Part shown: piece by piece, positions 46,796-55,566 of the stretch | Layout: every line of letters begins with the position of its first letter | Numbering within the stretch: the first letter of the stretch is position 1 | UHGV virus genome: UHGV-1493261 | DNA from: a virus | Direction: 5' to 3' (one strand) | Length of the DNA: 64,000 nucleotides | Notes under the pieces: model-generated | Seen by the model: the letters and a program-made list of their open reading frames with translations, nothing else | The model's database searches: none | What the model was told of the DNA's origin: nothing | Program-made: the position numbers and the translations under genes

Positions 46796-47424
46796 CCCAC
46801 AACCTCCAGTCCCATCAGATCTTCCATGGTCTTCTGAATACGCAGCCAGTCAAGCGCAGCGTCATAACGAGGGTCGTGATAGACCATACCTTCCAGTTCC
46901 CACGCCTTGATGCCAGCATACCGATCCTGCTGTCCAACACCCTTCAGCCAACTCACGATGTCGAACGTGTGGTGGTAATCCCATGGCTCGTTGGAGTCCT
47001 GCTTACACGTCACTTCAATGATGTGCTGAGCCTTGCGTAGATCGAACAAGTTACGGTCACACCAGTCAACCGAGCGCGGGTCTACCCCAAGACGATGACA
47101 ACCCTTGCGGATTTCATCGGCCAATTGGAAGATAGAGATGTCATCTTCCTTGGGATACAGACTGACGGCGCGAGCCGCATCACACGGGTTGCGCTTGCCC
47201 GTGCCCAGCCACCATTCAACTGTCCCAGCGTCCTTCACGCGACCAAGTTCGAGCTGCTCTTTGACATTCAGCTTAATGAACGTCGTGCGCTCCTCAACCA
47301 GCTGCTGAAGAGTATAACGCTTGGTCAGGTCGGCGATGGTGTGTGCCCAAGACAGCATGACTGCATCATCCCAGCGCCCCAGGGTTTCGCTGTCGGCCAC
47401 AGCCAAAAAATTTGATTTATACAT
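46792..47424 (-). CDS. DEDD-family 3'-5' exonuclease (DexA-like)
   Basis: Exo I-like ADSET and Exo III-like YHDPRYDA. Confidence 0.5.
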   Translation of the reverse strand: MYKSNFLAVADSETLGRWDDAVMLSWAHTIADLTKRYTLQQLVEERTTFIKLNVKEQLELGRVKDAGTVEWWLGTGKRNPCDAARAVSLYPKEDDISIFQLADEIRKGCHRLGVDPRSVDWCDRNLFDLRKAQHIIEVTCKQDSNEPWDYHHTFDIVSWLKGVGQQDRYAGIKAWELEGMVYHDPRYDAALDWLRIQKTMEDLMGLEVVG

Positions 47425-47668
47425 GTTTATTCTCCCAACACTTTATTTTGGCTTTTACTGTATAATAATTTTCATCAATGAACTTTTTGTTGACGCGCTT
47501 AATTTCTATCTCTGGGCAAAGTAACCCTATAGTTTCCCTCAAAATCTGGCTCACCCTGGCCTGTGAAATACAATAAATTTCTGATACTTCTTTCGAACTA
47601 GATCCAGACATGACAAGTTTTAGAATATTGACCTTTTTATAAAATTCTTGATCAAACGCGCATATCAT
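47417..47668 (-). CDS. small sigma-70 region-4-like HTH protein
   Basis: EVSEIYCISQARVSQILRETI resembles sigma region 4.2; the gene is strongly AT-rich. Confidence 0.4.
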   Translation of the reverse strand: MICAFDQEFYKKVNILKLVMSGSSSKEVSEIYCISQARVSQILRETIGLLCPEIEIKRVNKKFIDENYYTVKAKIKCWENKHV

Positions 47669-47671
47669 TAT

Positions 47672-48286
47672 TCACCCCTCCTCGTCGATGATTTCTTGCT
47701 CATCTTCGACAATCATGATACCTTCTGTGTCTAGATGAGAAAGTTCCATCAGATCATCATCGAATCCGTCTCCTTCCCTGATATAGAAGACTGGGACGAC
47801 ACGGCGGCGGGTCTCTTCATACACGCTTTCAGAGATTCGATTGATATGGCGCACTACACTGTAGAGGTTCAGGCCACCAATACCACAGCCGATAGCAGGC
47901 AGGCCGACATAGACAGTTTCGTCTTTAGTTGCTTCCACAATTTCATGCACCTGCTCAAACAGGGTCTGAACAGAACTGATGACTGACGGCATTCGAGCGT
48001 TCGGGCCTGGATAAAACTGAGTGTAGAGGTTCGCACCCCAGACACCAGTGCTATGGTCAAATGCATAGGACATGCCACCCAGGCGTTGCTCTGGACCACG
48101 AGGGTCGTTCGCATCGACTTCGCGCAGCGCTGGGAAGTTGTTGCCGATGTGCAGGGCAATACCCGCGCCCATGGTAGACCAACAGTTGGCACCGTGGGCA
48201 AAGATGTCGATCAGATTGAAGCTACAGGCGGCTTTCAGTAAATCGCCGCCATTGATTACATAGGCTGTCATGCGTACTGTCTCCAT
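47672..48286 (-). CDS. macro-domain protein (ADP-ribose binding/processing)
   Basis: Macro-like N-terminal pattern VINGGDLL...FAHGANCWSTMGAGIA. Confidence 0.5.
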   Translation of the reverse strand: METVRMTAYVINGGDLLKAACSFNLIDIFAHGANCWSTMGAGIALHIGNNFPALREVDANDPRGPEQRLGGMSYAFDHSTGVWGANLYTQFYPGPNARMPSVISSVQTLFEQVHEIVEATKDETVYVGLPAIGCGIGGLNLYSVVRHINRISESVYEETRRRVVPVFYIREGDGFDDDLMELSHLDTEGIMIVEDEQEIIDEEG

Positions 48287-48510
48287 TCAATAATGCTGTT
48301 GTCAACACATGACACCTGGATGATGCCTGTGCGGTGGTGATAATCAGTCATCTGCATGATAAAGTTGTTCCCATTGCGGATAATGGTGTTGACAACGATA
48401 CCCTTGGCAGCAAGGCGTATTACAATGGCAGTGCAAAGGCGGTCCATGTAACCGGACACAGAACCTGGTTCGAAGCATCGCTCGAACAGATTTTCAAATT
48501 CTGGGCTCAT
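48268..48510 (-). CDS. small hypothetical protein
   Basis: ORF. Confidence 0.35.
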   Translation of the reverse strand: MSPEFENLFERCFEPGSVSGYMDRLCTAIVIRLAAKGIVVNTIIRNGNNFIMQMTDYHHRTGIIQVSCVDNSIIEWRQYA

Positions 48511-48560
48511 TTGATGTTACCAAACAAGGGGTCGAGGCGGTAATAATACCGCCTTTTTCT

Positions 48561-48971
48561 TCAATAGAGGTCTTCTGAAAAGAGTTCGCGGAAAGGGGTT
48601 GTCTTCAGGCGCACCTGATTGATCTGCCCAGCTTCACGGGCTACGATGCATGCCTCTTCACGAGTGAGGAAGTTGCCCTGGTTGTCGATGAATCCCTGTT
48701 CGCGGGTATGGGTGGATTTAATGACGCCTGCTTCTTTCAGGATCTTGAGCTGGCTGTTCATGAATCGGCTGTGGTGACGGTCGGCAACGACGATTACATC
48801 ACCATATTTGTTGGCAGCAGCGACCACACGGCGCTCCCAGGCACCTTCGACAGGAAGTTCACGAGTGTACAATGGAATCATCGTATCACCGATGTCATCC
48901 CCCTTCACCTGTGAGAACAACTTGCCTTCAGTGCCCGTTGGGAGTTCACGAAAATATCCCAGTAATTTCAT
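48561..48971 (-). CDS. hypothetical protein (136 aa)
   Basis: ORF; start 3 nt after the stop of the frameshifted gene. Confidence 0.45.
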   Translation of the reverse strand: MKLLGYFRELPTGTEGKLFSQVKGDDIGDTMIPLYTRELPVEGAWERRVVAAANKYGDVIVVADRHHSRFMNSQLKILKEAGVIKSTHTREQGFIDNQGNFLTREEACIVAREAGQINQVRLKTTPFRELFSEDLY

Positions 48972-48974
48972 AAT

Positions 48975-49252
48975 CTATTCAATCCAAATTTCAGGTTCAG
49001 AGATGTCAACCATATCCACTGTCTGGTTCTTCAGATCATGGAAACAGTCGCCGAGGAATTGTATTTTGCCGTCGGTCAGGAACAGATGGCAAATGATGCT
49101 GGATCAGTTGCATTCACCAGCAGGCTCGGTGTGAACGTAGGCTCAATAACATTGTTGTTCCACGACCACATCGGACCTTGGGTTTCGCCCTTAATGCGAT
49201 ATAGATGAAGTATACCACACCCAGGACAATGAAAATACAAGGAATCATCCAT
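48975..49252 (-). pseudogene. Cys/His zinc-ribbon-like gene (about 93 aa) split by a single-nucleotide frameshift
   Basis: Frame 1 (49252 down to stop 49076) gives MDDSLYFHCPGCG...PTFTPSLLVNATDPAS; frame 2 (49103 down to stop 48975) gives CHLFLTDGKIQFLGDCFH...; one extra T in the TTT run at 49091-49093 (minus strand) joins them. Confidence 0.5.
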
Positions 49253-49287
49253 AGACAGAAGTTTAGGGCTCAGAAGCTATGTTATGA

Positions 49288-49575
49288 TCAACCATCTACA
49301 GTGGCTTCAGGATCGTAGGGGCGCAGTTCACCAACCAGTTTCGGAAAGAGTGCAAGCCCGAACAGGTTGAAAGAACGCATAGTGCCTACCATTGCAACAT
49401 CTTCCCCTTCCTCGATATCTTTCAGGGCGCACATTGGATAATATTCATCGACCTCTGGGTCTTCCGTCTCACCATAGAGACCAAACGCCACCTCCTCTTT
49501 GATAAAGCGAGGAACCAGGAAATCAAATAGGATAATGATGAATACTATAGGTGCTGCAGAACGGAAATAGAACAT
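49288..49575 (-). CDS. hypothetical protein (95 aa)
   Basis: ORF. Confidence 0.4.
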   Translation of the reverse strand: MFYFRSAAPIVFIIILFDFLVPRFIKEEVAFGLYGETEDPEVDEYYPMCALKDIEEGEDVAMVGTMRSFNLFGLALFPKLVGELRPYDPEATVDG

Positions 49576-49616
49576 AGCACAACCCTCCAGGTGAGGAGGG
49601 GCGAACCCCTCCGATG

Positions 49617-50948
49617 CTATAGGCCAAGAGCCTTTTCAAGGTCATTAAGGTCTTCAGTGTAAAGATCGATGTCCTCTTTCTTACTTAATTCCTTGTGCTG
49701 TGCTTCAAGGTTCTCAATCTGCTTCAGTAGGCGCTCACGGGCGTCCAGAGTAATAGACGACAGAGGCATCTTGAACAACTCGTCAAGATCACCACCAAAG
49801 TCCGGGTAGTCCTGCATGAACAGAGACTTCAGCACGTCAATCTTTTGGCGGAGATCAACACGCGTCGCCCATTCAATGAACACCGCCCGGTCACCCAGCT
49901 TGCGGATCCTGTCTGCCATGTCCTTCAACAGATACTGGCGACGGTCTTCGTACCGTGACAGGCGATAATTGAAGAACGGCAGCAACATGTCCCGCCAACC
50001 AGAATAACGATGAATAACACCGTCTTCATCCCAGGCCGTCCAAACAGGCTTGGTGGCTGAATACAGCTTGAACATCTGCTCAACCTGCTCGTCACTCAGC
50101 TTAGAGAGTTCGCCGCGCTTAAACACAACCGTGATATCCCAGCCATCTTCGGTCGTGTCGTTGGCGTACTCGGTCAGGATACCTGCCTTATACAGAGGCA
50201 ACAACACCTTGGTCTCATAAGTCTTGGCGAACCAACCCACTGGGACTTCGGTGATATGCAGGGTCGTGGCATTGACCCGACGGAAGATACCGCGACTGTA
50301 TGCTCTTCCTTCCTCAGTATAGCCTGTCTCCCCTTTGTAGCCGTTCCAGTACGGTTTTAAGTCTTTCGGGTCTTCGCCACGGAGAAGCGCTCTCAGGGCA
50401 CTGAGCACGGACTTAACGCAATGACACGGGGTGTCGGTAGAATATCCGGTGCCGATACCATTGATCCCATTCACCAGGAACATGGGTAGGATGGGCAGAA
50501 AGAACTTCGGCTCCAGTCTTTCTTCACCAAGGTAGTTGTATTCCAAGATACCCTCATCCTCCTTACGGAAGATCTTGCGGATAACATCAGATACAGCGAC
50601 GGATATGTATCGGGCAGATGAAGCATCACGCCCCATGATAGAACCAAACTGGCCATCGCGGTCAAAGTACGGGATGTTGTTCGTGCCTGGGAACCCCTGA
50701 GCCATGTTCACGATAGTGCCGCTCATGTTCTCACCACCAGACTTGTAGTTGGTGCGAGCGGCGGCGAACATACCAAGGCGGTCAACGATCTCCTCCTTGT
50801 TGTACTCAAGAGCAGCAAAGAGGATCTTGCGCTGGCTTGGCTTGAGGCTGTCAATCAGCTGAGGGATTTGACGGATGCTGTTGACCACAGAAAACTGCTT
50901 ATGGTCAGTGTTGACAAAGTCCGTTACAGTAATGCTCTTGGCAACCAT
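49617..50948 (-). CDS. 52: DNA topoisomerase II medium subunit, T4 gp52-like (GyrA-like)
   Basis: Matches my recollection of T4 gp52 (IDSLKPSQRK, catalytic-Tyr region AAARTNYKSGG); start at 50948 or 51011. Confidence 0.85.
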   Translation of the reverse strand: MVAKSITVTDFVNTDHKQFSVVNSIRQIPQLIDSLKPSQRKILFAALEYNKEEIVDRLGMFAAARTNYKSGGENMSGTIVNMAQGFPGTNNIPYFDRDGQFGSIMGRDASSARYISVAVSDVIRKIFRKEDEGILEYNYLGEERLEPKFFLPILPMFLVNGINGIGTGYSTDTPCHCVKSVLSALRALLRGEDPKDLKPYWNGYKGETGYTEEGRAYSRGIFRRVNATTLHITEVPVGWFAKTYETKVLLPLYKAGILTEYANDTTEDGWDITVVFKRGELSKLSDEQVEQMFKLYSATKPVWTAWDEDGVIHRYSGWRDMLLPFFNYRLSRYEDRRQYLLKDMADRIRKLGDRAVFIEWATRVDLRQKIDVLKSLFMQDYPDFGGDLDELFKMPLSSITLDARERLLKQIENLEAQHKELSKKEDIDLYTEDLNDLEKALGL

Positions 50949-50949
50949 C

Positions 50950-51399
50950 TTACCCACGATAACCTCCCACTTCATATGGATCGACAATGTAGTCCACAAT
51001 CCAAGTTTCAAGTTTTACCGCCAGAGGAGATTTGTCTTCTTCATCCAGGGTGTAATATCTTTTGCCAGTACCCTTCAGTGGGTCGTACACAACAAGTTTT
51101 TCATGACGAGTGTCTAAGATGATCTGGTGCAATAACCCTGGCGTTGCTGGACTTGGCACGCAAAGCAGATAAACATAATCATGATAGATGGTGGCAGTTT
51201 GGTTGATCCCTTTCCCTTGCAAGAACGGAACCCCTTCCATACAAAGAACGTCACCAATCGTGGTTTCCCAATTCGCGAAACTTTCATGCCATATTTCAGC
51301 AACCTCGGCGACCGGACGCTCAAGTAACATCGCCAGGCACGTTGACATACACGTGTCTTTTGTTGGCTGCATCTGATGAGTTAGTGGATATTCCATCAT
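50950..51399 (-). CDS. peptidase C39-like (papain-fold cysteine peptidase) domain protein
   Basis: QMQPTKDTCMSTCLAML (Gln/Cys box) and HEKLVVYDP (His box); ATGA overlap with the gp39 stop. Confidence 0.5.
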   Translation of the reverse strand: MMEYPLTHQMQPTKDTCMSTCLAMLLERPVAEVAEIWHESFANWETTIGDVLCMEGVPFLQGKGINQTATIYHDYVYLLCVPSPATPGLLHQIILDTRHEKLVVYDPLKGTGKRYYTLDEEDKSPLAVKLETWIVDYIVDPYEVGGYRG

Positions 51400-53306
51400 T
51401 CATCCTCGGTTTCAAATAGACAAACATCGCTAAACCAGGTTTTGCGGTAATCGGCGGCCTCATCACCGAAGCCATTCTTCAGTGACTGTTGATAGCCATC
51501 GTCCAGCGTGACCGTCGTAGTATACGCATCCAGGTTGTTTAGAATACGCTTGAAGTCTTCAGTGCTGTTGCCACCCAGACCTTTCAGATATTTCTTCTTC
51601 GTGATCTTCTTGGCATCGGGGGTCTTCAGGAACTCCTCATACTCGGTGTTGTTCATGAACTCATGCATCACCTTACCACACCACACGCGCATATAAGGAG
51701 TACGCAGCAGCTTCAGCCTGCCCTGACGGACGTACTCTGGCCAGAACGTACAATACAGGGTGATCAACAACCCACGGATGTGAATGCCGTCGTCGTCCGC
51801 ATCGGTAGCCACAACAGTCTGTGGGTAACGGCTGATGTCAAGGGGCTGGCCTGGTACTGCACCACCGTGGATGGTACACAGATTCTTGAACTCTTCGTTT
51901 GCCATCACCTTTGAGCGCGGGGCGTTCAAACAGTTGATGAACTTACCACGAAGCGGGAACAACCCGATCTTCTTGGTGTCGCGGGCGTTCAGGATAGGAT
52001 TGGAGGCACTATCACCCTCTGTCAGCAACAGGGAGCATCCGCTGCGGTCACCACGGGCGGTCGCCGGGTAATACTTCTCAATCTCACGATAATCCCGCTT
52101 GCTGATGTCCTTCTTGGCCTTTTCAAACTCAGCATCATCCTGCTCATTGCGCAGGGAAGCCAGTTCTTTACTCAGACCAGCCGTAACGAACTCAAGCGCC
52201 TTGCGGATCAGTTTATCGCTGGGCTTGTACGACGTACCGAACTGGCTGACAGGAGTGGTCATGCGCTCCTTGGTCTGGCTGTCAAAGCGTGGGTTGTTGA
52301 TGTCGGCAGCGATGAACAAGGACATGTGGTTCTTGATCATTGCTGGCTTCAGCTCGGTCTTGAACTTCTTCACCAGCTGGGGACGAATCGCTGCCACGAT
52401 CTGGTCGGCAACATAATCAACGTGAGGACCACCGATGTGGGTGGCAATAGAGTTCACGTATGATGCGTGCATGAACGTACCGGATGAAGGGGCTACAGCA
52501 ACAGACCAATCCCCGGTTTCGTCAACAGCCGAGCCAGCATGGAAGTAATCAACGAAATGGCCAAAGCGGTCAATCCGGATTTGCTTCCCGTTGAGAACAA
52601 TCTTCAGGCGCGGGTTACACGCAGCCACTTCAAACGCGCGGCGATAGATCATCAGCAGGTTGTTCTGGTCAAGTCCTTTGACGCCCAGGCGAGCATAGTC
52701 AGGGATCCAGGCGATGGATGTGCCAGGACTGTTCACGTTGCTGATGACTGGGTTAGATTTCTTGCTCATGTTATCTTCAAACGTCTGAGTATAAGACTTC
52801 TTGCCGTCATTAGTCGTGACGCGGAACCATTTGGAGAACACGTTGACGAGGGACGCCCCTTCGCCATTCTGACCACCGGACTTCTGGTTGTTGTACTCTT
52901 CGTCTTCGTCGTTGAAGTTCGATCCCGCATATAGAGAGCCGAACAACATTTCAGGAAGCCACTCGTTGGTGACGCCATGCTTGACCACAGGGATACCCCC
53001 GTTGTCAGCAACGATGATTTGACCGTTCATCGGGGAAACTGTGACGGTGATTTCCGTCAGGGATTTGCCCTCAGGGGTCTTGCTGTGGTCAACACAGTTG
53101 GTGATGATTTCATCAAACTGTTTGATCAGCGCGGGGGAGTACTCAAAGTTGTCACGGAAGATGACTTTGTCCTTAGTTGGGTCATACACCCACACCGTCC
53201 CCACAGACGAACGAATACTGCCCAGATGACGCTCTGGGCGGAGTAGGATATGCTCAACGTGAGTGAGCTTCTTGTACTTGCGTTCAATATCAATTTTGTT
53301 GGACAT
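51396..53306 (-). CDS. 39: DNA topoisomerase II large subunit, T4 gp39-like (GyrB-like ATPase plus TOPRIM)
   Basis: EHILLRPERHLGS; GHKL ATPase; TOPRIM LLLTEGDSA. Confidence 0.85.
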   Translation of the reverse strand: MSNKIDIERKYKKLTHVEHILLRPERHLGSIRSSVGTVWVYDPTKDKVIFRDNFEYSPALIKQFDEIITNCVDHSKTPEGKSLTEITVTVSPMNGQIIVADNGGIPVVKHGVTNEWLPEMLFGSLYAGSNFNDEDEEYNNQKSGGQNGEGASLVNVFSKWFRVTTNDGKKSYTQTFEDNMSKKSNPVISNVNSPGTSIAWIPDYARLGVKGLDQNNLLMIYRRAFEVAACNPRLKIVLNGKQIRIDRFGHFVDYFHAGSAVDETGDWSVAVAPSSGTFMHASYVNSIATHIGGPHVDYVADQIVAAIRPQLVKKFKTELKPAMIKNHMSLFIAADINNPRFDSQTKERMTTPVSQFGTSYKPSDKLIRKALEFVTAGLSKELASLRNEQDDAEFEKAKKDISKRDYREIEKYYPATARGDRSGCSLLLTEGDSASNPILNARDTKKIGLFPLRGKFINCLNAPRSKVMANEEFKNLCTIHGGAVPGQPLDISRYPQTVVATDADDDGIHIRGLLITLYCTFWPEYVRQGRLKLLRTPYMRVWCGKVMHEFMNNTEYEEFLKTPDAKKITKKKYLKGLGGNSTEDFKRILNNLDAYTTTVTLDDGYQQSLKNGFGDEAADYRKTWFSDVCLFETEDE

Positions 53307-53355
53307 CGGCCTATCCCGTCAATGGTAAACACACAAGATTATGTATGGGGTCGGC

Positions 53356-53937
53356 TTATAGACCAAATTTGCTGCGCCACTTTTCAACCTTGTGTTCAAT
53401 AGCGTGCTCCACTTTAATGCGAGTGGCCATCAAAGAGGAGCCACGGATCGCCCCTTCCCCACACCCCATGCGCGCAGCATGCTTGATTAGGTCATTGACA
53501 AGATGATCCAATCTGTCTTGACTGCGATAAGGCTGGTTGCACAATCGGATAATCCGGCCATGATAATGATGGATAAGATTCAGATGCTTTTGAGGATCAC
53601 GATCAATCAGACGGAACCAGTCTTCTTCCAACAGATTAGAAGAAATATCGTTCACCGTCGCCATGTGGTTGATGACAGAGTCGATCATTTCGACCTTGTT
53701 CAGAGAGCCGCGCATTTGGACGTCGTCATAATCCATGACGTACATAAGGTCAATGGCAGAGATAATGACATCAGCAACTTCGCCATTCAACGGCTCGGAA
53801 GATGCTATGCCATGAAACACATCAGACAGTTCACAGATCTCTTCACCTAGTTTGTTCAGAACAAACACAGGCGAACGGTCTGGGGTATGAGCAGTGCAGT
53901 CATAAGAAGTGTCGACGATAGTGTGTAGAAATTTCAT
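53356..53937 (-). CDS. MazG-like nucleotide pyrophosphohydrolase (tentative)
   Basis: EExxE-like LGEEICELSDV and EVADVIISAID. Confidence 0.35.
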   Translation of the reverse strand: MKFLHTIVDTSYDCTAHTPDRSPVFVLNKLGEEICELSDVFHGIASSEPLNGEVADVIISAIDLMYVMDYDDVQMRGSLNKVEMIDSVINHMATVNDISSNLLEEDWFRLIDRDPQKHLNLIHHYHGRIIRLCNQPYRSQDRLDHLVNDLIKHAARMGCGEGAIRGSSLMATRIKVEHAIEHKVEKWRSKFGL

Positions 53938-54422
53938 TTCAAAGTTCCTTGTATGCGGAGACGATTAATGTGGGCAATGATATAGTCCATAGAGTTTTGA
54001 AAACTGTATTTCCCGTTCCGAACATATGCATGGATCAGGGGTAGGCGACTGTAAGCCAATCTGATCTTCAGACGTTCAGGCATTGTCTGGAGTTTCATGC
54101 TAGTTGCAAATAGGATATTGCGCTTGAATTCTTCGGTAGACGGGTCCAGGACAATGACGCGGGAAGCCGCCAATCCCTGTCCATATTGCTTGGCCTCATA
54201 ACCGTCGAGCAGGCGCAGGTTGTCATCCCTATACTTCAGCCAATACCAGTACCCCTCCATGGAGTTAAACACACCATGTTCATGGGTAGTCATTGGATGA
54301 TGGGTAAAATGCGAGAGGAAGCGCCCGAGTTCCGTCTGGCTCCGGCTGTAGATGTTGAAGTGATTCTTACCCTCTGTTGCAGGGGTCATCTTGTTCTGTG
54401 GAACGTTCATTAACAGCATCAT
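53934..54422 (-). CDS. hypothetical protein
   Basis: ORF whose start region carries the conserved box; start at 54422, 54419 or 54410. Confidence 0.45.
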   Translation of the reverse strand: MMLLMNVPQNKMTPATEGKNHFNIYSRSQTELGRFLSHFTHHPMTTHEHGVFNSMEGYWYWLKYRDDNLRLLDGYEAKQYGQGLAASRVIVLDPSTEEFKRNILFATSMKLQTMPERLKIRLAYSRLPLIHAYVRNGKYSFQNSMDYIIAHINRLRIQGTLK

Positions 54423-54437
54423 GATGTAGTTTCTCAA
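54408..54437 (-). promoter_or_regulatory. Conserved translation-initiation box (minus strand) TTGAGAAACTACATCATGATGCTGTTAATGAACGT
   Basis: Shares ACTACATCATGA.GCTG...ATGAACGT with 33227-33262. Confidence 0.4.
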
Positions 54438-54464
54438 ATCAAAGTATTGCTGTGTGCAGCCAGT

Positions 54465-54662
54465 TTATTTCTTCACACACCCCAAATAGGAGCAGAGTAA
54501 ACCGACAACAGAAAATATAATGGCAAGAAGGTAACGAGTTACCTGCATTTGTGGTGTTGTAAGCAGGCCGATAACGCTTTCGAGCGCCAGGAACAAACAC
54601 ACCCCAGCGACTACACCGAATTTGAACGAATTACGTTCTCTGTTAATTCTGAACTTGTACAT
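54465..54662 (-). CDS. small membrane protein (65 aa)
   Basis: Two hydrophobic segments. Confidence 0.4.
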   Translation of the reverse strand: MYKFRINRERNSFKFGVVAGVCLFLALESVIGLLTTPQMQVTRYLLAIIFSVVGLLCSYLGCVKK

Positions 54663-54711
54663 TGCGCACCTCCTGTTAGGGAAATAGGGGAGGAAACTCC
54701 CCTGTAACTAT

Positions 54712-55212
54712 CTAGCCCAGAAACACTACTAAAGTCAAATTAGTGAGGGCGCTGCGACCTTCCCGCAGCATTTCATGCGCAGATGCAAGGCGCTTGGGGT
54801 CATGCAACGTATCAGAGAACACGATGATGTTTGCTTTATCGATGTCCGTGCCCATGTAATGGGATATGGTTGTCGTGTGCTGTTTCTTGTCTACATCGGG
54901 CAATGATACATCCGCACCTGCTCGGGAGCGGAAGAAAGAATCGCGTTCACTAACGCTATGGAAGACACCCATGATGTTGAGGTTGTTCTCTGTCTGGAAA
55001 TCATAGGACAGAATCTTCTTCAGCGCGGCGGTGTGCCCAGTCTGGCGCAGCATGCGATAGTACAGTATGTTTCCAGGACAGGTGGGGTCCGTCACACCTC
55101 CCCTCGATTGGCGATCTTTCTGGATTTCATACGCATCCAGGATAAGTTGTTGGACCATTTCAATATGGGCAGTCAGGGAGATTTCGACTTTACGTTTGAC
55201 CATGGATTTCAT
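54712..55212 (-). CDS. hypothetical protein (166 aa)
   Basis: ORF with SD GAGGA. Confidence 0.45.
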   Translation of the reverse strand: MKSMVKRKVEISLTAHIEMVQQLILDAYEIQKDRQSRGGVTDPTCPGNILYYRMLRQTGHTAALKKILSYDFQTENNLNIMGVFHSVSERDSFFRSRAGADVSLPDVDKKQHTTTISHYMGTDIDKANIIVFSDTLHDPKRLASAHEMLREGRSALTNLTLVVFLG

Positions 55213-55283
55213 TTGGTGTATCCTCAGTTAGGTTCCGCTCATGGGGAACGAGTCCATTATACACCGAATACCGGAAATGAAAA

Positions 55284-55303
55284 AGAGGCCGGAGCCTCTT
55301 TTG
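55284..55303 (-). terminator. terminator hairpin AGAGGC-cgga-GCCTCT flanked by A run and T run (potentially bidirectional)
   Basis: Perfect 6-bp stem; near-identical core to 57393-57410. Confidence 0.6.
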
Positions 55304-55330
55304 TTAACCCATGATCATCGCGTTCATGGC

Positions 55331-55565
55331 TCATTCCTCTTCGTATTTTCCTGTCCTGAAGTTCCACTTTCGCGCATTCTTCAGGTCCAGGTCTTTGAAG
55401 ATGTTTCCAAAGATCTTTTGGAAGGAGGTCTGCTCTTGTTCTTCCTCAAGATCCTTGGGCTTCTTGACAGGCTCTTTCACCATACCGCCTTCGGGTTTCC
55501 CCACATCGGCGGTCGTGGTTCCAGGGGCTGCCGAGTCTTCAAGGAAGTCCTGGAAGCATTTCATG
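55331..55565 (-). CDS. small acidic protein (78 aa)
   Basis: ATG at 55565, 2 nt after the upstream stop. Confidence 0.4.
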
Positions 55566-55566
55566 A

